A stretch of 62,525 nucleotides of DNA, counting the filler, from Catajapyx aquilonaris (lineage: Eukaryota), in assembly GCA_000934665.2 (NCBI GenBank). It is 2 parts of 2 records of this genome, joined end to end, with 100 filler letters (N's around TTAATTAATTAA, not from the genome) between each part and the next. Parts side by side here need not be neighbours in the genome. Positions count along the whole stretch, not along the records: positions 1 to 31,150 come from JYFJ02004573.1; positions 31,251 to 62,525 come from JYFJ02004574.1. The stretch is one strand, 5' to 3'. Below, one piece after another: positions 23,910 to 35,694 of this stretch. A model generated the notes under the pieces. The model was given only the letters and a program-made list of their open reading frames with translations, ran no database searches and was not told the origin of the DNA. Each line of letters starts with the position of its first letter. The first letter of the stretch is position 1. The translations under genes were made by a program, and so were the position numbers.

Positions 23910-25532
23910 TTATCGGTGCCTGGACTTCTTGTTGGACTTCTTGGCACTCTTGTTGCCCTTTTGCTTGTCCCTCTGGGGGGTGGCCCCGCCCAGGGAGCCT
24001 CCTCCGCCACTGGGAGCGTGCGGGGGCGAGTCCGTCCCCATGTCTTCCCCCTTGACCTCCGCGCCGGAGGAGGCGGTGTTGCCAAGGGAGGCGAGGATGG
24101 CCGCCTTGCTCCCTTCCTTGTGCGAGGAGGAGGACGAGGAGGAGGTGGTGGACCCTCCGCCCCCCACGGACAGTGTGGGCTGGTGCGCGTTGTGGTGGGT
24201 CACCCTGTGGTGGCTGGAGTAGTGGGTGGTTGTCATGTGAGTCCCTCCGTCCTCACTCCCACTGTTGCCAGCCTGCGATTCCGTCTCGCTGCTGCGCTCT
24301 GCAGGGCAACAAAGCGGCCGAGTTATGCACCGCAGTCTGAATAACATTTAAAGGAGACTGGTTACCAAATGATCTGCAATCACCAAGCCCTGTCCTACAG
24401 TAAAACACGAACAAGTGGTTAATCCTTGCATACGTTGTAGTCAACCAGGATCAACTACTTGTTTTGGAAGCGGGCTTTGTTGGGTCCAAAACATATTTTT
24501 TTTCTTTAGCACCTGAACCAGGGAGCATATACTATACATAAGAGGCGCAAACTTCTGTCGCCGCCTTTGATGTCCGCGTCTCTCTGTTTGGGGCCGTTGC
24601 CAAGGCTGGGGGCCATTTTGAAGTGTGGGGAACGCCTACGAGGTATAAATAGGGTACAGGCAAAAATAGGGTCCGCCATATTTTGATTGGTTTTGGCGGC
24701 CATGGCAACTACACGCGCGAATCAAAGATGGCGGACCCTATTTTTGCCTGTACCCTATTTATACCTCGTAGGCGTTCCCCACACTTCAAAATGCCCGCCA
24801 GCCCTGGCAACTGCCCCAAACAGAGAGACGCGGAAATCGAATGTTTGCGCCTCTTATGTAGTGTATGCTCCCTGCCTGAACTCTCCTAAGATGCCACTGA
24901 GCATACTTTCTCTCTCTCTCTATCTTTCCGTCAGACTAATGTCGCTGGACTGAGTGGTTTATACGAATTGATGTGAATGCAGTTCCATGCCCTGTTGTTA
25001 TTATTGAGTGGGTGCTACGTGATTTTGTTGTTACACTGTTTCATGTTATGTCAAAAAAAAGCGATGATGATGATGATGATAAGGCATTAAAGAGGATCTG
25101 TGATAATATCGACGGTGTGGTTGTGGTGGGTGGAACGATGGATGCCTTTTTCCTGGTGGGAGTGGTCCACCAGCCCGGAGACGGCGGCCATGGCGGTGAT
25201 GGAGGACTTGGAGAAGAGCCTCTCCGCCTCCTTGAACTTGCGGTGGTTGCGCTTGTCCGACTTGGCGCTGGCGGACTTGTTGGCTGCCAGGTACCTGTCC
25301 CAGCCACGGATGATGTTCCCGTACAGCTGGGTGTCCTCCAGGTAGCTCCCTTCGAACGCGTAGATCTGCCTCTCCAGGTTGGCCAAGGTCTCCTGCGGGA
25401 AGAAGGGAAGGTCAGCGGTCATGCTGCACATCGAATGGAACACACATGTGTACTACTGACGGCAATTTCAGCCCTCCTCTTGACCAGCTCGGCCAGCTCG
25501 GTCCGCGTGTCCATGCCCTTTGACCCCGACAT
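23910..25532 (-). CDS. MEAF6: MYST/Esa1-associated factor 6 (Eaf6), 3 exons; second donor non-canonical
   Basis: Exons 25532-25461, 25392-~25146 and 24298-23910. [62 protein letters not shown]. The last exon is low-complexity with a basic C-terminus (KKSRHR). Confidence 0.93.
24519..24874. mobile_element. 356-bp palindromic MITE (P-element-like termini) in MEAF6 intron 2
   Basis: TIR CAGGGAGCATA...TATGCTCCCTG; nearly the whole element is an inverted repeat. 7-bp TSD CCTGAAC at 24512-24518 and 24875-24881. Confidence 0.88.
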
Positions 25533-25706
25533 TGTGTGACCGCCAGACAAAGACCAGCCGGCGCCAACACTCCTTCCCAGAGGCACACACAACTCCCCTC
25601 GAACAGCGCCTGACAGACTCCAGAGGTGGTTGGCCTTCCAGCGGACAGGCGGCGCTGATGGCGTGTCCTGTGTTTACATCATCCAGTCACGCTGGTTGGA
25701 AAAAGA

Positions 25707-25768
25707 GCGCATGCGCCCAACCCATGCGCTGATTGGCTTGCTTGAAAGGATCCTGGCTGCTGATTGGT
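25707..25768 (-). promoter_or_regulatory. Putative MEAF6 promoter: NRF1/Ewg-type site and two CCAAT boxes
   Basis: GCGCATGCGC at 25707-25716. GATTGG (CCAATC on minus) at ~25731 and ~25762. About 180-240 bp upstream of the ATG. Confidence 0.5.
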
Positions 25769-26252
25769 CGATAGGAGAAAAAGGGCAGGGTTGTGGTTCA
25801 GACAGGGCGGGAAATACGAACAATCTTGACCGATTAATTCTGCAGGATTTATTCACATGCTGGAGTCGTAATAAAATTCATACCGAGTAATTATGGAATC
25901 AAATCGTCCACACTGACAATTAATTAGTAAGTTATCTACACTTGGAGAGGGGGAGGTGAGAGGGAGGGGGGGTATTCCACACTATATAATAATCCGGTCA
26001 GCCACCTTCTCCGCCCGTGACACAATATACTGTACACGCATAACAGAGCAATAAAGAGTCTAACATGATCCACCCTGAGCGGGCAGCAACACTATGAAAC
26101 CACTTCAACATTATTGCGTCACGATGTCTGGTACCGCACATTTGGGTTGGTCTTTATGGGGGTACGTCTTGTCAGGCCGTTTGTGGAAGACCGTGCTGTG
26201 CTCTCAGCTGATATCATCTGTGGTGGGGGTTGTGACCTTGGGGTGTGGCAAG

Positions 26253-27615
26253 TCATTCTTGCTTCACGCTGCTGGACTTGTGGGTGATGGTGGAGCCGTA
26301 CGAGGAGGCCTTGCTGATCTTTGTCAGGTTGATCATCTTGTGGATTCCCAACATGGCTGTGAAAATACATATGCCCGCATGTAGTACACTATATCAGACA
26401 GCCTTGTGAAAACATGCGGAATAATTACCCAGGAGCATAACAGAAATGATGATGGCAAGTAGGATGAAGTTTCCAGAAGAAAACACTTTGACGATGGCAC
26501 ATGTGAGCGGAACGAGGGTGACCGTGGACCAGAAGACCACGTTGAGGAATCCGTAGATGGGACGGGGGATGTGGTAGCGCCCGTAGCCTTCCAGGCCGTG
26601 CTCACGGTCCAGTGGGAAGCTGGCGGAGGATGCGTCGCTGTTCTTGGTGGCGCTCTCCAGGAGGGTGTCCATCAGCCGGTCCTTGTACTGGTACAGCTCG
26701 TGCAGCCACAGGGCCGCCTTCTCAGGGTCCTCCGGCACCTGGTCTAACGTGATCCTTCGCACCAGAAGATGGGCCGTCACAGGAGCGTTCCCGTAGATGA
26801 GGGACCGGAACTGGGCCTTGTCTGCATGCTGCTTTGGGATGGCCACAATCAGGTCGTAGATGGCAGGGATCTTCCCCCTGAGGTGAGGCAGGCAGGCCAC
26901 AAACCCCTTGGTCCTGGGGAGCAGATGGTGCTTGAGAGCCGGCAGACCCTTGGACTCGGCCACCTCCATGCTGAGGCGGTGCTTCTCTGCGCTGAACCTG
27001 GTTCCCTCCGCAAACAGGTTGAGCCACATTGGGTAAGGGTAGTCGACCAGTCTCTCCAGCTGGGGACCCAGGGTGACCTGGTCCTTCTCCCAAATGCGCT
27101 CCAGGAAGATGCACTCCGAAAAGAACCAGTTCCAGCCTATCCCTGGAACCACCTTGAGGGAGGTCTTGCAGAAGGACTTGGGGCTGACCCCCAGTCTCCC
27201 GGCCAGCAGGATGCCAAATATCCAGTCCACCTCGTACGTGTGGTTGATTATGGGGAAGGCAGATTCCTTGCCCAGAAACCTGGCCCTTGTTTCCGGGTCC
27301 GTGTAGAGGACAAAGTCAGAGCCGGACCACCATTCGGCGAGGAACGTCAGCTCTGGAAGGCACAGGGTGAGTGTGTACGGCAGTGGACGTCCGGGCTGTA
27401 TACTTACGCGTGCCTATAGAGTAATCCAGGTGTCGGTTGAGCACCCTATATGCCCTGGGGCTGTGCGGCTTGAGCAGCAGGTAGAGGATGGCTTGCATGG
27501 CGTTAATGAGGAGGCAGGACAGCAGGAAGGTCATAGCCAGCATGAACACCACGGGCACGACCATCAGCCTGGGCCGGACCACGTAGTGGCCCACACTCTT
27601 TCCCTTGGACTCCAT
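26253..27615 (-). CDS. AGPAT3: 1-acylglycerol-3-phosphate acyltransferase gamma/delta (AGPAT3/4-like), 3 exons
   Basis: Exons 27615-27408, 27352-26429 and 26356-26253 (55/72-bp introns). NHTYEVD (NHx4D), FLER.WEKD, FAEGTRF, HHLLPRTKGF, and C-terminal SSYG. Orthology to AGPAT3 versus AGPAT4 is not resolvable here. Confidence 0.93.
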
Positions 27616-28121
27616 TGCACTACTGGCAGGGGACAAGTACAGAGAGAGAGAGCACTGACTTTATGTAATGTTATGCTACGTAGGCTGTTGCTCCGCAAGC
27701 TGACCTTTGACCCATCATCGAGATAAGCCCATGCAGCCACCACCAGCGAGTGCAGGGCCGTGTTGCGTGCGTCACTGGCGATTATCTGTCGAGTCACTCA
27801 TCTCGTTGTTACGCAATTGCTGTTGACCCACTGCTTGGCCTCTTTTTATACAGAAAGAGAAAGGAGCTGCTCGAGAGATAAGAGAGAGCTGCCCGTGTCC
27901 ACCCACCCGTCCAGCCAGCCAGCTAGCCAGCCCCTTCGATTCCCTGCGCGGCCACCAGACGTCGGGACGTGCGTCGCGGCGCCCACAAAAAGAAAGATCT
28001 AACGTCACTAGAAGGTGCGCACCCGCAGCTGCAGTTGAATCCTCCCGCGCCTGAGCAGCCGCCTGCAGTGCCGCCAACACCCTGCAGTTGCCAACAGCAG
28101 CGTACCCTCTGACCTCTGGAG

Positions 28122-29125
28122 ATGACCGCGCACATCCCACTGGTCACCCGCCTCTCCCCTAGGGTCATCCGGGTGCTGGGATGCAACCCTGGACCCATGA
28201 CCCTCCAGGGGACCAACACCTACCTGCTGGGAACTGGAAAAAGGTATATATGGTCCGCACCAGTCATATATGAGACATGACCTGTGGGGTCATTTGCAGG
28301 CGGATTCTGATTGACACTGGGGATGGCCGGCAGCCGGAGTATGTGGACATCCTGGCAGGGGTGCTGAAGGAGGAAGGGGCGCAGGTCAACCAGGTCGTGC
28401 TCACCCACTGGCACCACGACCACGTCGGAGGGCTGGGCCCCATCAGGTCCTTGCTGCACGCTTCCTGCAGGGTGGCCAAGTTCCCCTGCAGGAAGAATAA
28501 GGAGAAGGGGGTGTATCCGGAAGGACTCAAGGTGTCCCCGCTTAGCGACGGAGAAGAGGTCAAGACGGAGGGGGCCACGCTGGAGGTGGTGCACACTCCC
28601 GGACACACAGAGGACCACATTTGCCTCAAACTCCAGGAGGAGTCCACCGTATTCACCGGGGATTGCGTCCTGGGGGAAGGGACAGCCGTATTCGAAGAGC
28701 TTGGACCATACCTGCAGTCTCTGAGGAGGCTGATTGACCTCAACCCTTCCAAGGTCTACCCCGCTCATGGACCCACCCTCGAAGGCAAGGAGGGAGGTGT
28801 TGAGAGAATCCGGTTCTACCTAGAGCACCGAATGAAAAGAGAGGCGCAGATACTAGCAGCCATGAAGGAAGCCGGGGACAAGGAAACGACGGCTATGGAA
28901 CTGGTGCAGAAGATGTACGTGGACACCCCGGAGAACCTCCACCTGGCAGCAGCCTTCAACGTTTCCCACCACCTTAGGAAGTTGGCCCAGGATGGCCTCG
29001 TCGAGAGGATCCCGCCTCTGGATGCCGAAGAGGAATTTGCAGGCGGGGAGGAAAACTACGCTCTGCTCCAGAAAAATATTGACGACTCCAGGTGGAAGCT
29101 GGTGGAGAAGAAGTGTAAGCACTGA
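28122..29125 (+). CDS. LACTB2: Metallo-beta-lactamase-fold endoribonuclease LACTB2, 2 exons
   Basis: Exons 28122-28243 and 28300-29125 (56-bp intron). [54 protein letters not shown]. Confidence 0.96.
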
Positions 29126-29198
29126 CCAAATTGTACAGAAAAATATCTTTAATAAACCCAATTTCCAGTATTGTACAAGATAATAATATCAGTCCCCA

Positions 29199-30351
29199 TC
29201 ACCGCAGCTGCACAGGTGTCTCGTTTGGGGAGCTTCCGCACAACGGGCATGCGAAAGAAGTGTCTGCCAGTAGGTTTGCCTGCAACAGAATTGGGTTTGT
29301 TAGGCGCAGTCCATGAAGAGCAGTCATATGCATGGCGTACCTTAGCGCAGTAATAGCATGAGATGTGCCTGCACTTGGATGGCAGGACTGGAAGGATAGG
29401 AGACTGGGAGCAGATGGAGCACTGGAGTGGCCCGGGGGCAGGACCAGAAGCAGACTGTTCCGGAGCTGAAGTGGGAGAGGCAGAGGAGCCCAGGATGCGT
29501 CTGACGAGGTTCCTCATCCGGTGGAAGTTGACCAGGGGCAGCAGGAAAGCCAGGAGATCCTGCCCAATGGCAGCGCATGAGAACAGCTTCCCCAGTGAGT
29601 GCATTATTAACTAAGACTTACGAGGAACCCGTGCCAGACCAGCTCCCTGACGAGGTAGTCGTACCCGACTGAGCGTGCCAGGCGAGGCTGTGAGGCGAAT
29701 GGGCGCAGGCGGAGCAGGCGGTGGGGCAGGGTGGGGTAGACCCCCTGCCTGAGGAAGAGGAGGAGGTTGGCCAGGGAGCCAAGGCTCAGGAGGGGCCTGA
29801 GTGGGGAGAGGGACGCGGGAGGGAAGGACGGGAAGCGCTCCTGGATCCACCTGGGGCCCACCATGGACAGGGCCAGGAGCAGCAGCGGCAGCTGCTTCCC
29901 TCCTCCCTCGTCGCCCAGGGGCTGCTGCACGGCCAGTCCCAGGAGGTTCTGCCCCAGGGACGCCCCCTTCTGGACCAGGGTGAGTTGGCAGAGGGCCAGC
30001 TGCAGTGCGGCCTGGACCTCCGGCTGCACCTTCGGCCACCACTGCCAGAACTTGGCCGCCCTCTCCAGCTGGGAGCGGGTCAGCTCAAACGCAGCCTCGT
30101 CCAGCTCAACCGCATCCAGCTGGACATCCCAAAATCAAAATGACCCGCTTCAGAGATGGTCTGTTTTGCACGTTATTTTTGGGAGGACAGGTGCAGCTGC
30201 ACTTAACCCACACACGACATCAACTTTACTCCTGCTGTGTGACCGTGTGTTCGGGCATGCCCCGTGACCATATTACCTGAGTGACCCTGGGCGCCCTGAA
30301 GGCCTCCTCTCGCTGGTCGTGGTGGTGGCCATCCGATGATGATGAAGCCAT
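29199..30351 (-). CDS. PEX2: Peroxin-2 (RING peroxin), 4 exons
   Basis: Exons 30351-30277, 30119-29622, 29559-29341 and 29279-29199. RVTQ|LDAVELD, GASLGQNLLGL, NLLLFLRQGVYPTL, YDYLVRELVWHGF; C3HC4 RING CSIC..CRHISCYYC..CPLC. Confidence 0.94.
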
Positions 30352-30788
30352 CTTTCCATCACCATCACTCAGCAATTATTGCGATACGGTATCCCGGTTG
30401 GCTATCCTGGTCAGACTATACGGTAGTAGCATAGCGGCTGAAAAGTGATAAGCAGCTACAGACTTATATCGTTGCCTTTAACTGCTACCGTAAGCTGCTA
30501 CACCTGTTGAGAGACAGCAGCTTTGCAATATTAGCTTTTTGCTTGAATCCAGTCGAAATGAGCTTGTGAAATTAATTGCATTTGATTGTTAGTTGCGCAT
30601 TAATCCACACTTTTCCCTTCACAAGTTGGAGCAACTTGAAAACCTGGCAAAAAATCCAGATTTCAAAACAAGTTCCGCAACGATATATTGCGCTGCATGT
30701 ACTTCTCAATAGGTGTAACCGCATTTAAAATGTGTCGGGTGTTCATAATTCACCAGCACTGACTCACAAATGTCAAGGCGCATATGAT

Positions 30789-30977
30789 TTACGGCCATTG
30801 TGTTTCATGCAATTTAGGAGGAATAACACGTGCTATTTTTGCACTGCATAAGCAGGTTGCTGGGATCGCCCAATGAGTAATTGTGTAATTCCAATAATCA
30901 CCCACACGTGGCTCGTTATCAAGTGATAAGCTATTATAAAACACAGGTTCGTACTCTGTGATTTGGGGCGCTATCAC
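30789..30977 (-). CDS. Probable terminal exon of a cystine-knot secreted factor (IL-17/PTTH/spaetzle-like); upstream exons not in view
   Basis: Acceptor with branch point ACTAACAG|GTG at 30978. Exon reads VIAPQITEYEPVFYNS...YWNYTITHWAIPATCLCSAK...*. The IPATCLC segment resembles the terminal CxC of cystine-knot cytokines. Confidence 0.4.
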   Translation of the reverse strand: MIAPQITEYEPVFYNSLSLDNEPRVGDYWNYTITHWAIPATCLCSAKIARVIPPKLHETQWP

Positions 30978-31150
30978 CTGTTAGTGTTACTCAAGCGGAG
31001 TTGTGAGAGGGGGGGGGGATCCAAAGCATAAATACGGGTGTAGACAACAAGTATTAATTATTTTTATTCACATTCATTGTGCACCCAGGCATAAGTGTGA
31101 ACTGTACAACAATAGACTTCTCAAGTACAAACCACAAAAAAAAACATGCG

Positions 31151-31250
31151 NNNNNNNNNNNNNNNNNNNNNNNNNNNNNNNNNNNNNNNNNNNNTTAATT
31201 AATTAANNNNNNNNNNNNNNNNNNNNNNNNNNNNNNNNNNNNNNNNNNNN
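31151..31250. other. Artificial contig-joining spacer
   Basis: Exactly 44 N + TTAATTAATTAA (palindrome with stops in all six frames) + 44 N = 100 bp. Confidence 0.95.
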
Positions 31251-31367
31251 TGGTTCAAGGTGACTACGTCGAAAAGTCTTAATAAAATTTTGACCATCAA
31301 ACGTGTCTTTCAACATCAGGCTCAGAACTTATTGGACGACCCTCGTAATCCTAACAACTCCATTTAC

Positions 31368-32244
31368 CTGGTAATATGAGAAGACAACCAAAATGCTGTG
31401 GATCCTGAATCCCAGCTCGACAACCAAAAAGATGATGATGAGGTAGCTCATGGCTGGGACACCAATAAGCGCAATAGCCAGAATCACTCCAAAGATCTCA
31501 ACAGCGACCAAGGTTTGGATGGCCAGCCAAGGGACCATGCAGCGTGGATCCTTCATCTGAATTCATATCAGAAAATTAGTAAAAGCAGTTCAGAAAAACG
31601 TGACGTTCCTTACCTTATGGACACCATTGAGGAGCATGCCACTGAAGACGAGGCCAACCAAGCTCATGAACAGGCCAGGAACAGAAACCCAGATCATCAC
31701 TGCAATTAATTTGAGTAATTAGTGGACATCATATCAGGAGTCATCATAAAGATGAGAGCAAAATGAGTGGAAAACTTATGCCAAAATTTTTGGCACATAT
31801 GTATACTGTACTCCAGAGAGACTTTTATGGCTAGTTACCAATACACTTTGTACACACCAAATCCTGTGAGCCACATTGCTGCGTTCTTATCGAAGTCTTC
31901 CGAAGTCCGTGGGGGTTGGATAGAGTGGATTGCTACTATTCCCAGCCAAATGACAACCAAGCCGGCCAACATCATCAGGGCATACCCAATCTGAAAAAAA
32001 AGTAACATCCCATAAATTTTGTGATCACATAACGTAGGAGTGTTTTCTAATTAAAATTTATACCCCCGCTCATTTATTTAAAATGGATGACTTTGTAGAC
32101 CTGGATATGATCTTGTGATAATTATGCAACAAGTGTTTGTGCACAAGAACTTACCATGCTGAGGTACCCATAGATGAGTGACCCAGTACGGGTGGAGACA
32201 CCCCAACAGCAGCAGTGGTACATCAGGGGCGAACGGATCTTCAT
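31368..32244 (-). CDS. Tetraspan (LAPTM/DUF4728-like) family copy A; last exon not identified (probably beyond the gap)
   Basis: Exons 32244-32155 (MKIRSPLMYHCCCWGVSTRTGSLIYGYLSM), 31990-31858, 31699-31614 and 31556-31368 (MVPWL...VVFSYYQ). Four hydrophobic segments. Confidence 0.75.
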
Positions 32245-32749
32245 CTTTGACACGCTGAAGAGACTGTACTCGACCTGATCCAACTTGTGCTTGGCTCAAA
32301 CTGACGCTCCTTTTTTTTCTCTCTTGGAGGTTGGAGGACAAAAGGGGTCTACGTCACTGAGGATTAACCCTGTTGAGACACGTGAGGTGCAGGTGTGTTT
32401 TTTCGAGGGTTCCGCTGCACCATATGTGTCACACCGGTTAAGAGCATTTCAAAAGAGTTGGGGATACTACATCTGGATTCAATCAGTCTGGAAGGGACCA
32501 AGACCCCAAATTGGAGAAAAACCTACTGCGCAATTGACTGCTCTAATTGGCGGCATATTTATTTTGCCGCATACATGTTCAGTGCTTTGTGCGGCTCACA
32601 TCTGGATACAATACACATGTTATCTTCATCCGTTACCATTGACCATTGAGGATCGGTAACAATCAAGTACATAATTATACAGCACTTCATGGGAAAAAAT
32701 AGTATAAAAAATGTATGAGCCGAATATAATATGATTTGCTTTACTTCCA

Positions 32750-34004
32750 TTAGACCTTGCGATCTGGTTGGTTCTTGGAGCCCAACTCCTGTAATGCAAA
32801 AATGGAAATGTAATAATATTTGATAGCAGATCATTCTGATGACTGTAGGCCTGCAGTTTATGCAGTCAGACTGGCATACTGGCACTACATGGTTGTCAGA
32901 CATTGTTGCCCATGGCGGAGTCAGTATGTCATTTCTGTATGAATTAACTGTAGGAGTCACGCAAAAGAGACTAGCTTGGTGTACATGCCTTGTAGTAAGC
33001 TGAGACAACCAGGATGCTGCACATGTCGCATCCGAAGGTAACAAATAAAGCAATAAGAGTGAAGTAACCGAGGATTCCGAAGAATAGAGGCCCCAGTACA
33101 AGTCCCAGTACGGAGGACATCATGAGCAATCCCAGGGGCTGGATTGCGAGAGTGAGTTGGCAGGCAATCCATTGGCCAAGCAAGGATACACTTCTCTGCA
33201 TTTGCAAAAAAACATTAATAAAACAAATGATAATAATAGAAGTACCTTAATGCGATCGGTCGATCAGGCATCTCACCTTGTGGATGCTGTAGAACAGAAA
33301 TAGAGTGAGTGCGACGTCCATCAAGCTCGTGGAAAATACTGGAATCAACTTAATTCTTAACTTTATTAAGGACATGGTATCCAAATCTGACATGGCTCGC
33401 AAAGTCTCATTTCTCTGGACGCTGTCGTCTCTGTCTGCGGCCAATTTCATCTTCAAAAGAGACATGAAATGATCGGAGTCGTCAGGGGTACCTTCAGCTG
33501 TGAAGGGCATTCCCAGCTCAGGGCACATGCCTAACACGAAGGTCATCAGCACCACCGCAACACTCAAAATCTGTAAAATAACACTGCATTAGTGTACACC
33601 TAGTACCCGAGTAAAATGTTGGGAATTTCAAAATATGTTTTTCGTTTAGAGTTTAAGATGGGCACAAAAGTGCAGAAAAAGAGAGCGCGCAACATATGGA
33701 CGCAAGCATTTTCAAGATTGTATCATACCAGTGAAAGTTAAGTACGAGTAATCATCAGTTTTCGCTCATTTTACGACAAGTTTTTGAATGAATTTCCTAG
33801 ATCTCCGACTTGTGGTGTGTACGTGCTGTGAGTGTCCCAAACGGGTGCACATGTGACATGTTGAACTTGAATGTGGAGGGCGTAAGTCACCAGACCTTGT
33901 GTCACCATCCTTACCAGATGCAAGTAGCCGCAGAAAAGTGCTCCTTTGCGGCGAGAGAATCCGCAGGGGCTGTTTCGAGACACCGGAAAACGTGACGCCG
34001 TCAT
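32750..34004 (-). CDS. Tetraspan family copy B, 4 exons
   Basis: Exons 34004-33915 (..PCGFSRRKGALFCGYLHL), 33570-33277, 33195-32989 (GC donor) and 32788-32750 (ELGSKNQPDRKV*). Confidence 0.78.
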
Positions 34005-34767
34005 TTCTGGACACAAACTGACAAACACTTTGTGAAACACTTATAGGACGGAGGTACGTGTCACTGGGGGTGAGAAGGAATGAATAGCTGGATAGAGGAC
34101 AGAGACTCAGAGAGAGACTGTGTTAACAGGAAGGGTCTTACATCCAGACTGTTTTCCTTCTCCAAGAGACCAAGAAACCAAGATATGGGGAAGGAGGAGA
34201 TGGCCAGAGGGGGACCCACACCAAAAAAGGTCAAGAAAGGTCAAGAAAGTGGGGCAGGGGATTTATTGAGACCGAGAGGGCTGTTCGGAAATGAGGGGGT
34301 CATTGTGCAGGTTGGGATGGTTTATAGGCGAGAAGGGGACCCCTGGGGGAACTGACGGGATAATATTTACAGTTGGGTGCAATTTAGGCAATTGAAGGAC
34401 ATGGGAGGGGGATAATGGGAGGAATACACCGATGCAGTGACCCTCCGAAAATGCAGCAGAAATGGGGGTACAATGGAGTTAATGAAAGATGTATAAAAAA
34501 ACCTGAGCAATCAACTACTCTTCGGCGGTACCTTTATTTGATGGCCGAATGATACCCACTACAGGATATTTCAGTGCTTCTGCAGCCACGGCTGACATCT
34601 GAATACAATATAACTTACAGTACACGTATACAGTATCTCCATCCCTTATTATTACCTACTAGTCATTGTACGGAGGGGCAACAATCAAGTATCCACCGAA
34701 TGGCAAAAATGGTTAACAGTATAAAAACAAGTATAAGAATGTCTGAATATGAGTTGCTTCACTTCAA

Positions 34768-35694
34768 TTAGACCTTGCTGGGTGCTGGTTGTTTCCGGGC
34801 GCCCAACTCCTGCAATACAGACGGCAATGTAATGACTGGTAGGCCTATACTCTAGTAGTGCCATTTTGATAGCAGATCTTATGTACAGTCTATGCAGCCA
34901 GAAAATAGACTGACGTCACAAGCCTTTAATTGTTTACATTGTTGCCTAGGGCTTCATCAGCACCATTTTCTCGGTGAATGAACTGTAGGATTCACAATAG
35001 AGAGCTTCATATATATATACATACCTCGTAGTAAGCCGAGCCAACCAAGACGCTGTACATGGCGCATACCAAGGTAGCAAGTGCAACAAGTAGAATAAAA
35101 CAGCCGATCACTGGAGTCCTGAGTACCAATCCGGTCATGAGCAATCCCAGGGGCAAGACTGCGACGGAGAGCTGCGCGCCTATCCACACGCCAAGCAAGG
35201 TGGCACTTCTCTGCATTTACAAAATTAATCAATAAACAATTATTGCACGTAATAATGCAATCAGGCATCATTGTCTCACCTTGTAGATGCTGTAGAACAG
35301 AAAGAGAGTGAGCGCGACATCAATCAAGCTCGTGATGAATGTTTGCATCGAGTAGAACTTGAGGCCACAAGCAGGGCGACATCCATGTGCTGCAACTGGA
35401 ATTGTTGGCATGGCCTCATTCCTCAGGATTCCGCGGTCTGTTCCATTGTCACATTCCATCTTCTCAGGAGTCGGGAAGGACCTGAATAATTCCACCTCAG
35501 GGCACATGCCAAACATGAAGACCAGCACCACTGCAAAACTACCAATCTGTAAAATCGCACTGCATTAGTACACCTGCATACATGTACGTACAATACATTG
35601 CAGGTTTGATGACAGGTCTACTTACCAGATGCAAGTACCCAGAGAAGATGGCTCCTTTTCGGTGGGACAAACCGCACAGGTTGCGACGTGTCAT
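34768..35694 (-). CDS. Tetraspan family copy C, 4 exons
   Basis: Exons 35694-35626 (MTRRNLCGLSHRKGAIFSGYLHL), 35546-35280, 35210-35025 and 34809-34768 (ELGARKQPAPSKV*). Closest to copy B. Confidence 0.78.

Noticed and set aside
32559..32788. Alternative-frame tails (GLMEVKQ../GLKEVKQ..) as the true C-terminus of the tetraspan family
   Set aside because: Splice phase is 0 in the GT-donor paralogs, which fixes the EL... frame. The similarity reflects the conserved post-stop nucleotide motif.
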